A program made the position numbers and the translations under genes. A stretch of DNA of 63,836 nucleotides, the filler included, from Collodictyon triciliatum (lineage: Eukaryota), in NCBI GenBank assembly GCA_043381765.1. It is 5 parts of 5 records of this genome, joined end to end, with 100 filler letters (N's around TTAATTAATTAA, not from the genome) between each part and the next. Parts side by side here need not be neighbours in the genome. Positions count along the whole stretch, not along the records: positions 34,973 to 52,297 come from JBHJMP010001464.1; positions 52,398 to 59,120 come from JBHJMP010001559.1; 3 more parts are not named here. One strand, 5' to 3'. The notes beneath the pieces are model-generated. The model was not told the DNA's origin. It saw nothing but the letters and a program-made list of their open reading frames with translations, and ran no database searches. The first letter of the stretch is position 1. Each line of letters begins with the position of its first letter. Of the stretch, positions 43,520 to 55,613 are shown one piece after another.

Positions 43520-45943
43520 TCATATGTCCTTCGCCTTCTTGCTTCTCCCACTCTTCCTTGCATATGCCATGTTTTTCGCCTTCTTCCTGGGCTTCTGTCG
43601 ACTCTTGTAGTTTCTGGGCATCAGGGCTTTGATCTCCTGCAGCCTCTTCATCACGTCCGGCGCAAAGCGCAGCACCCGATTCCCTGGATCCACAAGAATC
43701 CGCGACTTCTGCTGAGCCGCCAGCCACATCCTCTTGACCTCGCGCGGACTGCGTTCCAGAACTCGCCCGGCAGTATCGCCAACTCTTTTTTTCATGAAAA
43801 TCCCCCACGTGCGGAAGCGATAGTGATACACATAGATGGATGGATCAGCAAAGACTTGCGACTCCGAATCCCGCCCAGCCAACAAGTCCTCGACAAGGCG
43901 CACATGATGGGGACTGTAGCCCTGGATTCCGGCCGTGAGTCTGGCCTGGAAAGTCGGCTTCGGCACCCACCGCAAGTTATCCATGATGTTGTTGCATATC
44001 TGCGATATCAGAGCGCCCGGCTTTGCGCGCTCGCGGCTGCACGGCCCAAAGACCAGCCAAGTGGAGAAGATGTATGGGATGTGCTCAAACTTTTTCGCCA
44101 GGACATCCGCAATGGACACGAAATGGCGAGACGGCGCCAAATACTCGTCCACATCGATGAACGTAATCCATTTTGTGCCCGAACCAAAGCGCTGGATGCA
44201 GTCAGTAAGGGCCTCTGTTTGGCCGTGGCGATACGGCCATGCCATCCGAATAACTGTATTGTTATCCCCTTTGATGATGCCCGGCCTTGGTGATGCCGCG
44301 GTTGTTTGGTTTTGGCCGTGATGGGACTGCGCAACTTCCACGGGGGTGAGGTCCAAGTGTGGGTACATGTGGAGGATTTTCATCATTTTCAGATCTGGGG
44401 ATGCAGGTGGGTTGTTGTCATATATGATGAATCTGGAGTATCCCATCAAGCGGTGGTATTCGATCCACTCCAATAGGTTGCTTCCTTCCTGCTTCACAAT
44501 TGCACAGATGGACATGTGCACTCGATTAAGGTTCTTTGGGCCCACGCTGAGACCAAACACATACGGCAGCGAGAAGCTAAGATGGTCGTATGTGACCGAG
44601 AGTGTGATGTGGGACGGTGGGACGTCCAGAGCCCGTTTATAAGGACTTGGCGCGCTGTTTCTTGCGTATGTGGATGGTTTGCGAATGGCTTTCATCATTT
44701 TTCTTGTGGGATAAGGGCAGAAAGCAAAGGACATATCTCCAGTCAGTGCAACATGTTCCTCAATATCGCCTGTTTTTGCGTTTCGGTAGATGCAGTAGAG
44801 CGTGTTACACATCGAAGGAAGTTTCATGCGGGGAAAGAAATAACCGACAACCATAAAATGATGGCCTGGCAAATCATCTCTTTTGTCAAAGACAGAAGTA
44901 ATAAAGAACGGGCGATGGTCTCCGATATTTAAGTAGCTGATATATTCGTCATACAATTGCCCTTTGGTGCGGAGTTGAATGCTCCAGGCCACTACAGAAG
45001 AGCCGGATTTGTCAGTTCTGTATGGCACCGTACAAATGGCTCGATTTTGATGGATTTCTTTGAGCTGGCTCTTGTGGTAGGCGCGGTTATTTTGTGAGAA
45101 AGTTTCGTTGTTCACAAGACAGCGCGCACTTTTTTTGATTATACGAGTCCCTGTTTCAGGAGGGACAATGGGTAGCCCTTTACCATTTCTCGATTTGAAG
45201 AGGCTTTGCATAGTGGTGAGTAGATTGGAAGGAATTAAGCGAAATAGACAAACGCTCTTGCTGTCGCACGAATCGCCATCAGAGAGGATAAACTCCAAAT
45301 CACGCGATTCAAGTACATGCCGCACACATGACTCCGGATACGTTTTCCCCACAAAGGTATCGGCCAAAGACGTGTCAAGATACTCTTTCGTATGGTTCTC
45401 TTCAGCTTTCTCTGGCTTGGGAGATTCGTCTGGTGGAATAAAAATTGGGAGAGAAGAGGGGGGTTTTGTTTTGTTTTTGTTTTTTGTTTCTAACATTTTT
45501 GTTATTATTTGGTCATGATTTGATTATGATTTGATTATGGTTAGTGTATCGTGTTGGAGGGGTGATTATTATGTGATTTACTAACCACTGCTATCCTCAT
45601 CTTGCTCCTCCTCTTGCTCTAGGCCGTCCTGATTTCCTGCAAAACCTTCGCCCGAAGTGGTGTTCTTTTGTTCGTTTGGGATTGAATAAGGATCGACCGG
45701 CAGTGTGGGGTTGTTTAGGTCAGGCGTGTTTGGCCTTGCGCTTTGCACCGGAGTCTTAATGGCACTTCTGCTGAGAGAAGCTGTGTCTGCGGGTGCGTGG
45801 GTTTGAAGGAGGAGATAATACCACGTGAATATGAGGACAAAGACTCCGGCGAGAAGGAGAAGAACAAAAAGCGGGAGTCGTGTGAGGTGGGGACGTAATG
45901 CGCCTCGGGAATGTGCTGCGGACCGCGTGTTTCCAGAGTTCAT
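43520..45943 (-). CDS. Type II membrane glycosyltransferase, GT92/DUF23 (GT-A fold), 2 exons
   Basis: N-terminal signal anchor LPLFVLLLLAGVFVLIFTWYYLLL and a stem, then one intron (GTTAGT donor near 45584), then SICAIVKQEGSNLLEWIEYHRLMGYSRFIIYDN, QTEALTDC and WITFIDVDEY (DxD). Confidence 0.85.
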
Positions 45944-46000
45944 TCCTGTCGCGAAAATCAAATATGATGGGTTAAAACTTGTAAAAAATATAGCTTGGAG

Positions 46001-46210
46001 AGAAAAGAAAAGAAAAGAAAAGAAAAGAAAAGGAAAGAAAAGGAAAAATGAAAAATGAAAAATGAAAAATGAAAAATGAAAAATGAAAAATGAAAAAAGG
46101 AAAAATGAAAAATGAAAAATGAAAAATGAAAAATGAAAAATGAAAAATGAAAAATGAAAAATGAAAAATGAAAAATGAAAAATGAAAAATGAAAAATGAA
46201 AAATGAAAAA
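46001..46210. repeat. (GAAAA)n plus (GAAAAAT)n upstream of the GT92 gene
   Basis: Read directly from the sequence. Confidence 0.9.
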
Positions 46211-46895
46211 AAAAGAAAACAACTGCTGCGCAGCTAGGGGCACATTATAGAGCAGTGTCTTTCGGCTGTGTCAGAGCTTTGCTGAAGGATACGTGCCGAG
46301 CTCTTTGGTGGCACTGTGGCTGAAAGTCTTCAAAGGCGTTTGGTTTACTTCGCCCAGACTGGACTGGAATGGAACTGGCGATCAGCAATTGTGGAAACCA
46401 CACCACTGCGCAACAAAGACGCGCCCTTGCACTCGATAGCCAAATTTGTCAGCAATCTATTACTCTATTCGGTTAAATTTACATTGCTATCTCTGTTCAC
46501 ATAATTCATTAAAATCTGATTTTTAGTACACAAGTAAACAAAATGCTGAAAAAAAATGCAATTAATTATCTATTCCAGATATATTTTTATTCGATGTGGA
46601 ACTTGTATATAACTATGCATGCTCAGAGCAGCAAAACCACCGATTCCATTCAATTCGATCAGAAACCTCAGCTTCGTGATGTGTTGATCCTTGCGACTGA
46701 TCTCGTCCAACCACAGTTGTCTGTGCGAGCAGGCCTTGATCCAAGCTAACAGAGATTTGCTGCGGATATTCGGAGTCTGATGTATTCGCTAAAGAAAAAA
46801 ATACAACCAAAAGCCAAAAACCAAAAAAACCAAAAGCGCGCTCACCTTTTTCATTTGGCCCCTTTCTCTCTCTCTATCGTGCAGCGCAAAGCAGA

Positions 46896-47543
46896 ATGAG
46901 CTCACCATCACAAGATCCATTCCCCCAGTCTGGCAGCACCATGACGCCGTCCGAGCCGCTGCGAACTTATGGCTACATATGCCACCGTGAGAGACCTCCC
47001 TTTACTCTGATTCTGATTCTAATACTCATTCTAATTCTGATTCTGATTCTGATTCTGATTCTGACTCTGATTCTGATTCTGACTCTGATTCTGATTCTGT
47101 TACCCACACACACCTACTCGCCGGCCCAACCACACGTCTCTGCTCGCATCCACACCCGTTCTCGTTCTCGTTCAAATGTCCTTCAACACACTCAACCAGG
47201 CTGCGGGAAGGAAGTCCAGCTGGCCGTCCGAGAAAACCCGCTTTGCAAAGACTGCAGCTGCCGCATCCTGTACAAGAAGCGGACCACACAAGGTAAAGCC
47301 GCATGGCTCTGCGCATTCTCTGCTGCCGCTTCTTCGCATATACAAAATACTCTTTTATTCGTCTCAAGGAAAGTATGTGTTTTTTTTTTTTTGTTATTGT
47401 TGTTGCACAATGGTATTTCTCTCGTTCTCTTTCTCCCTGCTTTGGTCACGCATGCTTTGATATCATCACGCTGTTCGCAATTCCCCTTCACTTATCGCCT
47501 GCTGCTGTCTTGGAAACCAGTGTTCCAGTGCGAAGCCCGTTGA
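46896..47543 (+). CDS. RPB12: RPB12 copy B (divergent); exons 46896-46986, 47200-47292, 47521-47543
   Basis: Spliced C-terminus YICHRCGKEVQLAVRENPLCKDCSCRILYKKRTTQVFQCEAR*, with the same 93-nt and 23-nt exons and the same phase-1 introns as copy A. Confidence 0.9.
   Translation: MSSPSQDPFPQSGSTMTPSEPLRTYGYICHRERPPFTLILILILILILILILILILTLILILTLILILLPTHTYSPAQPHVSARIHTRSRSRSNVLQHTQPGCGKEVQLAVRENPLCKDCSCRILYKKRTTQGKAAWLCAFSAAASSHIQNTLLFVSRKVCVFFFLLLLLHNGISLVLFLPALVTHALISSRCSQFPFTYRLLLSWKPVFQCEAR
47006..47099. repeat. (CTGATT)n in RPB12-B intron 1
   Basis: Read directly from the sequence. Confidence 0.9.
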
Positions 47544-47975
47544 CTCCGGTCCGCTCCCAACAGCGACGCCGCAGCACCCAAAATAAACATGTAAAGATAA
47601 GAAAAAGAAAAGAAAAAGAAGAGACATTCAATATCTCAGAAAAAGAGAACGAGGCCGTGGATTCAAAAAGCACAGAATTTCTCCAGAGCGGTTATTTATT
47701 CAGAGCAGAGGAAAAGGATGGATAAGTCATGTATAGCTAAGTAACAGGATTAGTGCGGAAGCAGATTGCTTACGAGGCAGTTCTTTTTCTTTTTTTTTTT
47801 TTAACTCTCTTTCTCTCCTTTTCTCTTGATGGGGTGTGTGATAGGATCGGTGTGTATGGAACGCCGTCATGGAGGCGAAGGCAACAATATAAACTAATAG
47901 CATAGGTGCATGTATACGAGAATAATCAGATAAAGACAGAGAATGGAAATCATGAGAGATGAGAGCGGGGGTGAC

Positions 47976-49900
47976 TCAGTCGGAGGCGGTCGCAACAGCC
48001 TCGGCGGGACGGAAGACTCGGGCACCGCAACGACGCAGGATGGAAGCAAAGCGGGCGCCGGAATCATCATCACCATCATCACTCTCATCACTTTCATCAT
48101 CATTGTGGGCGCTGCTGATCCGATGCGGCGGCAACGCAGGGTGTGAGCCAAACATGAGCTCGGGCAGGCGGATGTCGACAGGGGCCATTGCAGCCACGCT
48201 GACCAGTGCGTCCAAGGCGGATGTGGGTGAGTGGCGGGCCTCGGTTGCATAGAATATCGCCGATGCGCCACTGGACGAGACGTTCTGATTTGTTGCGAGG
48301 TGGAAATAATGACTGGGTTTGCTCGTGAGGACACGCACACACGGACGTGGAATATGCTCAATCAATGGGTCGACTTACGCTGTGGAGACTCGCCAGTGAG
48401 TCGCATGACAGATTCTTGAGCAGGGTTGTGCTGCGCCCATCGGCCGGTCTATTGGCCCATCCGCTGCTGTGACTGTTGCTGCTACTGAGTAGAGAGGCCG
48501 TCCTTGGTGTCAGAGTCTCCTTGAAGCGGTAGAACGGAGCCCCGTGCTGTGCGTCCTTTGATGCGGTTATGAGCGACGGGTGTATGTTTTCGTTCTTTGA
48601 CACGGGGAATATCACGTCGATGTTCTCGTTTGGATTAGCGTGGCGAGGTTCTTTCTTGCTCGGAGAGTCTCTCTGATTGTCCAAGACGTCGTCCGAATCG
48701 TCATCCAAGTCTTCATCCTCGTCACCGTCGCTAAAGATTAGCTCCTGCTCAAACGGGCACTTGGAGTCCTCGTGTGCTGACGAGCCCACTGCAGATGACA
48801 AACGAGAAAGACGGGCAAAAATCAAAATCGATCATGCCATAAAAGGGATGATAGAATCGTTCCCATAAGATTAAAAAAATGGGGTGCGGGGAAACTGCTG
48901 CAGCCGCGTGTGAAGGGATTGGGGGGCAGACTTACTGACAGCAGCTGGGTCTTTCATGAGAAGGTCCCGCTGCCCGAGAAGAAAATCAACTTCCAATTGA
49001 ATACGCTTGGCTTCTTTGGTCCCAAGACGTCGGCGTGGTTTCTTGAGAAGCGAGATGCGGCGGTCGATGCTGGCCAGCTTTTGTAGGGAATGGTGAGAAG
49101 GCATTTTTCTCTTATTCGAAATGGGAACAGGGACAGGAGCAGAGGGTAAGGGTGAAGGTCATGTAGGCAAAACTAAGAGGGAGGACAGAAACCTTTCTTT
49201 GCGGCCAGCGTGGGATGCCATGCTTGCGACAGATTTTCTTCAACACAGTCGCGCAGACCCCGAGTCTCTGTTTCATGAAATATAAAATCAGCAGAAGTCT
49301 CTGGCGGCTGGTTGGGGCAGATATCTTTGACGATGTGGGCGATATATGGATGGAAGTCACATGGAAGCGAGTGATTGTTTGAGATAATGAGATGATAGGC
49401 GCATGAGTTGAATATGAAACAACTGATATGGTACCCGAGCTACGTCGTTAATGCGCAGGTGGAAGTATTGCGCCAAGGAAGAAAGGTCGAGGGTTTGGAG
49501 GGCGGTGCATGGTTGTGCCGTCACGGCTGTGGCTGGTTTGGAGATATTTCTTCGTTTAGAGAGAACTACGCATAATTGTGGGTATGTGGATATGTCTTGT
49601 TGGAACTGATTGAAAGGAAAAACGGGACAAGTGTCTAAACAAGTGCGATAATTCTGCGTTATTGTTATACTTACTGGATGCCATGGGGAACGGGAGAGTC
49701 GCTGTTTGTGGGTCGGGGTGCATGCTTTTCCTTAGGGATTGAGCGCGGTGCATCGCTGGTATTCTGTGGGGAAGAAGAGTCGCCTGAGTCACAAGGTATT
49801 TTTGCGGGGTGAGCAGCGGTTGATATTGGTGCGCCCACGGCAGAGAAACGTATGTGCGAGACTGTGAATCGTCTTTGTGGGTGTCTGGTAGCGAGCGCAT
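47976..49900 (-). CDS. RWP-RK domain transcription factor, about 6 exons; start tentative
   Basis: Spliced LSSLAQYFHLRINDVAR|RLGVCATVLKKICRKHGIPRWPQRK|LASID is a canonical RWP-RK domain, followed by an acidic, disordered C-terminus. Confidence 0.9.
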
Positions 49901-50340
49901 GAGGAATTGTTCGAAGGCGCTCAAATACTCGCGAGAAGAACGACACGTAAGCCACTCTAACACGCACATATATATATTTGGGGGAATGTCGTTCACCATG
50001 AGGCAATGGCCGCGTGGCGACTTTTCGCGTTGCTTTGCCAAGAGTCGCCTGGCGCATAATTTGGAATCGCAATTGCGAATAGGTTTGGTTTGGTCTGTTC
50101 CTTTTCGGTTTCTCGTGGGTTGGAAAAAGACTTGGAACATGAGCTTGGGGTGTAACGAAGCGAAACGAATCGTAAAGTACAGCGAAAAGAAACGAATTGA
50201 CGAAGAGATAGTTAAATAGGGGAAGGAACGATGTGGTTCGAAGGGAAACGGGCCTTGTTTGTGGGTTTGGGAACAAAGTGACGAATTCGGACGGGCGTTG
50301 ATTCCCAAAGACTTTGAGGGGAAGAAAGTATGGTTTGGTC

Positions 50341-50458
50341 AAGGAAAATCACAAAGGAAAATCACAAAGGCATCACAAAGGCATCACAAAGGCATCACAA
50401 AGGCATCACAAAGGCATCACAAAGGCATCACAAGGCCATCAGAAAAACCATCACAAGG
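50341..50458. repeat. 11-bp tandem array (CATCACAAAGG)n with degenerate flanking units
   Basis: CATCAC recurs at 50371, 50382, 50393, 50404, 50415 and 50426, preceded by two AAAATCACAAAGG variants. Confidence 0.9.
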
Positions 50459-51506
50459 GCGAAATGCGTGTCGCGCGTTTTGGCTGATCTGTTGTGCTTT
50501 TGGGCCCTGGAATGCTGTTTGGCTGGGGGAATGTTCGATGGCCGACCCGTTCAGCCGGCTTCGACATGGAATTCGCCGCATCAGCCCCAGGTTTATATAG
50601 CCGTGTCTACAATCGCCGCATTTGCGGAAAAGTCGCTGCATCACACACATGCGTTGCCACATTACGCAATCATTCGCCTAATCAAAAAGAAAAAAAAAGG
50701 AGAAAAATTCCGAAATGAAATGAAAAAAACCCCCACAGAACAAAACACATGAAATTAACACATGAAACTAACATAAAAAAAAAACAAAAACAAAAACAAA
50801 AACAATAATGATAGTGATGAAAAGCAATTTGCCCATATATTTCGGCAGAGGGTTTCTATTTCGTCGGACTTTGTTCCAATCAAAGCTGTGATTTGAGTTC
50901 CGTCACGGATGATTCCAAGTGATTGATGCATGCGACATTCAGTGTGGCTCATGACGTCATTCGCACGTGGAAAATCGTAGGTTTGTGGCTGCGGCCAGTT
51001 TATCCGAAATTGGAAACGACTAGGTGGCAGACTTACCCATTTATAGACCGTCTTGCCACAGAAATCGTTGTGTCTGAAACACAGGCTTGTGTCGCAAAGG
51101 AGATTTCGGTTACAAAGACAGCCACAAACTGATTTCGACAAATACGGAAAAACGGACACATCCTGTTTGGGAAATGTGTATTTTATGCCAGAATGTACTA
51201 ATGTGGAGATCTCAAAACGCGTTTGGAATTTGAGTTTTCGGCGTTTTTCCTGGAGCGTGCCTAAACTAGATCTTCACTGAAGTCGTATCGAACTGGAAAA
51301 TATAGCATCCGTTTCAGTTGGCACCAACAAAGGGCATAGTACACCAAGGTATATCAGAACCGAACAGCTTCCCCACGCAGCAAATGTATGGTCAATGACT
51401 TGTTCTCTTTGATTTCTCAGCCTCTTGCCCAACCAAGAGTGATGCATCATAATCGCGAGATATCGATTCCACTAAAATAGGGAAATACGATGAGTCCGTG
51501 ATGTTG

Positions 51507-52160
51507 CTATGTCCTGTTCGTAATATTTCGTATGGTTTGCACCAATATTTGCGATGATGATTCAGGGGGTTTCGGGCTATTACACGTGCTCATCATCCGG
51601 GTGTGGTGACCCGTCTGCAAAGTAGAGTGAATCTTGAGTAGTCTAACGCTTACTTCATTATCCAATTTCTCAAGTTCGTTACTAATTGTCAACATACAGA
51701 AAAAGCACAAGCATAAATGCGGGGCTAGAACACAGCAAGGCCATTAATTTACAATACTCATATATGCATTTAGTATACGGTAAAGAACTTAAAAGTATTG
51801 AATAAAAACTAATTTGAGAACGTTTCTCATATAAGACACAAATACCAATAACTAAAGAAATAGGAATATATAGAAATTTACCGAAATGTTGTAAAGACAA
51901 CCCGGACTGTTTGCCTTTGTTGCTGCTCCTTCACCATCTGATAATTGATGGCACTTAGTTATCTAGGGTGGTTTACCATCGAATATGTATGCATATACAT
52001 TTCAAATGTTCAAATACAAGAGCATGAGAATGACAGAGTAAATTATAAACTATACAGAGTCTACTGTTTCTGCATATCCTACAACACATCTCTCGAGTCC
52101 GTCAAATTGCTTCTGTAAGTCCTCTTCAGTTGGGACGTCTCTCCAACCCAGAAACACTTC
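51507..52160 (-). CDS. Possible 3' exons of an unidentified gene truncated by the scaffold end
   Basis: Short GC-richer blocks bounded by AG/GT (e.g. FLGWRDVPTEEDLQKQFDGLE, NELEKLDNE). I could not fully reconcile the phases. Confidence 0.3.
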
Positions 52161-52297
52161 ATAAACATGGATATAAGCATGATTATATATAGAAGCATTC
52201 CACTCACGGACGCAAAAAAAAACAAAAACAAAAACAAAAACAAAAACAAAAACAAAAAAAAAAACAAAAACAAAAACAAAAAAAAAAAAAAAAAAAA

Positions 52298-52397
52298 NNN
52301 NNNNNNNNNNNNNNNNNNNNNNNNNNNNNNNNNNNNNNNNNTTAATTAATTAANNNNNNNNNNNNNNNNNNNNNNNNNNNNNNNNNNNNNNNNNNNN
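52298..52397. other. Artificial scaffold spacer
   Basis: N44-TTAATTAATTAA-N44. Confidence 0.97.
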
Positions 52398-52472
<75 letters not shown>

Positions 52473-53417
52473 AAAAAACAAAAAGTAAACAAAAAGTAAT
52501 CAAAGACAAGGAAAAGCAAAACGAAGCTACATATACAAAGGAAGGGGTAATAAGAGAGCGTGAGTAGCAATAACCAAGTGAGTGATAAGACAGAATCCCG
52601 TTCTGTTTGTGAATGATCGCTTGTGTTCGAACAGCATAATTGGGTTGACTTATGTTTTGGGCTTTGAGCTTCGTTAGGCTTCTATTTGTGGAATCAATCA
52701 TCAGCCGTTCTGTGGGGCGGTTCGCAGCAAAAGAATTGGGTCGGGCGCTTTCTTCCTCGTGCGATGGTGATTCGGGGTGATGCTTTCAGGGAAAGTATCA
52801 CAACAATGGACATGACATGACATGACTGGCTTACTATCAAAGGAAACATGGTCTTCGATTCAAGGCGTATCTTATTTCTACTTTTGGCGACAAAGCAAAA
52901 AGGAAAAAAAAAAAAACTTATATTCAATAGCGTCTCTACCGAGACGCTTGGCGATGAACGAGTTCTACAAATAAATATGATAAAGGGGAAAAAAAAATTG
53001 TGCACGAGAAAAATCCTTCCTGGGCGTTTCTGTTTATTCACCGTACTGATTGAAGGGATGAAAAAAATGCTGCAATATATTTTATGAAAAAAACTAGCTG
53101 TTGCTAGCACGAACTTTTGCACACAAAAACTGTTGGCTTGAGTTTAGAGTGACGCCATATTCGATGTCATGACAATATGATGGAAGTGTTGAATCAAGGC
53201 TTGCCATGTGATTTTCATTCAAAAAAACTGTGAAGAATCGTTCAAGAAAATTTACAGAGATACCGATTGTAGTGCTTGTCTCTTTAGAAAATGACAGGGA
53301 TGAAACGTCGAAATCATCGACAATTGCTCTAGGACTTTTTTTTTTTTTTGCAAATTAAATATGAGAGCTGGATGAAAACAAGAAACATTCATAAGATTTA
53401 ATTGTTTTATGAAACTC

Positions 53418-53684
53418 CTACCTACAAAGAAAGTTTTGCAGGCGCGAACGGAGCATCGAATAATAAATCTGTACACCCACACTTCCTTTGGATTTACCCA
53501 GCTCCTTGTCACATGAGAACCCTGTTTCACTGAATCCCACCACGATGCACTGGCTTATTCCCGCATATAAGACCGTAAAATTAGCAGAATAAACCTTGAC
53601 ACTCAGATAATGAATCCTTTCCGATAACTTTTCTGTAAAATCACGGTCTAGCGAGTGGGAGTAAACGACAAAAGGATCACTCAT
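53418..53684 (-). CDS. TIR-domain-like short ORF or exon, possibly degenerate
   Basis: DPFVVYSHSLDRDFTEKLSERI...VKVY, GISQCIVVGFS, SCDKEL and VQIYY resemble TIR betaA-alphaA-betaB, betaC, the alphaC CxxEL motif and betaD. Confidence 0.4.
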   Translation of the reverse strand: MSDPFVVYSHSLDRDFTEKLSERIHYLSVKVYSANFTVLYAGISQCIVVGFSETGFSCDKELGKSKGSVGVQIYYSMLRSRLQNFLCR

Positions 53685-53769
53685 GTAGAATTTTTTTGAT
53701 TTTGCTTGGGAAAGTTAGTATACTCGATAATCATATGCAACGGATCAACATCATTTGATCAGTCATTTG

Positions 53770-53771
<2 letters not shown>

Positions 53772-53867
<96 letters not shown>
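53772..53867. repeat. (AAC)n
   Basis: Read directly from the sequence. Confidence 0.95.
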
Positions 53868-54289
53868 GGCAAATATGAGGTTGAATTACGGTTTATATTA
53901 GCTACAAAGAAATAGATTGTTGCTTGATACTTTCAACCTTGTTGATGCCAGTGAAGAATGTGAGAGTGGCCATGTGTGTGCTTCGTGTTGCCTGCGGCCT
54001 ATTCTTGTTGAATCAGTGTCGTTTAGTGTGCTGCAGTGCCGCTGACGCTTTCATCTGACAGCCAGCCGATCGAATGTTCCCATGCACTATCACGCACAAG
54101 AAGTGCAGGTGCATATTTATCCAAAACAAGACATACAAAGAATGTTCCAATCGCGCTTACGGAAATCTATATATATGCGCGATATTTATACAACAAAACA
54201 TATTTTTGGCAGGTTATTAATCATAGCAAGGGATATTGAATCGATTTTGACAGAAATTGAAATAAATGATATTAATTACATATATAAAT

Positions 54290-55518
54290 CATTCCTTGTT
54301 TTGTCGAAGGCCGGACATTGCGGTTGCAAGAGTTTTTTGTGTCGGCCAAGCTCGGTCACCAAAACAGTAGATTGGGTAGAGGCTGTGCGAAGAGCCAGGA
54401 GCACCGGATTTCAGTATTGACTCTAAAATGCAACAGTCCGTATTACAGCACACAAGCTTTTGCTAGTATTCATTGTGTCTATACAGGAGGTCACATTGTC
54501 ACTTTTCCCGCTGGATATATGGTTTTGAGAAAATGACGTTTGGTCTGTGACACCAGCTTTCGTCTGTAACAAACATGTATTGATTCAGCATTTAACTTCA
54601 CGATTACAAGTCCTTATATATGACACCATTTTAACTGCATACTGATGAGAGATTGGAGGTGCATTTTTTATATTTTCTTGTCTTAAATATATTATAGGCT
54701 TATGGGCATGTATTATGATGTTACAGAAAAAGCATTTCAGTTATTAACCTAGAATATTTTTGAGCCCAAGCATCAGCTAGATGCGTTTGTGGCATCATAA
54801 GAAGTATGAATTTTTTCGTCAATAATTTGTTTTGAGGAGGGAATAATATCGTAAATGGACGAGTTGCTCACTAGGATAAGACATCATATTAGATTATGCT
54901 TGTGGAGAAAGACAACAAGATGTTTTACGTGTGAGGCTTACTTTTGCTCAGATAGCTTGCACGGCGGCGTCTACCAATCGCATCTTTCCTTGTGTGCCTT
55001 CGCACATGAATGAATAGAATAGCCTATCAATATTACTAATTAAATCAGGTTTTCTTTCTGCTCCTACTTACAAAGAAAATTCAAAAATATTATTTTTTTG
55101 TGACGTCCTTACCCTCAATCAACTTCGAGTTCCACAATGGCATCTTTCAACGCTGAAAAATCTGAGCTAATCTTGCTATCCAAAAAAACACAAAACACAA
55201 AACAAAAGTTTAGTTGGCGATCTTGCAATTATATATGTTATTATTATAAAAGCAACATATTATATTAGTTTAACAAATCGAATTAAATGCAGAACTCTTC
55301 AATGTCTCGGAAAATAAAAAAAATTCACACCATTATGAAACCTTCTCTCGGTTCTGTGGATACCTCTTTAAATCTTGCTAGAATGTCAAGATCCATTCAA
55401 ACTGAATGAGTAATGATACAAATGATGCATAAGGTCATATGAACTTGTTTTTGATACTAAATTTAATCTAGAAACCCTTGATATGCAAACTAGAAAAATA
55501 CTTTGAATTTTTATTCAC

Positions 55519-55613
<95 letters not shown>

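Noticed and set aside
43290..45518. Multiple overlapping and antisense ORFs over the GT92 gene (also over the RWP-RK gene and 17716-18432)
   Set aside because: These are shadow ORFs of GC-richer coding sequence with no motifs of their own.
46896..47543. 215-aa ORF suggesting an extended RPB12 with an (IL)n membrane segment
   Set aside because: It reads through two stop-free introns of 213 and 228 nt; the exon structure matches copy A exactly and (IL)n derives from (CTGATT)n.
50341..50458. CRISPR-like or telomeric array
   Set aside because: There are no spacers or cas genes, the position is internal, and it lacks a G-rich telomere motif.
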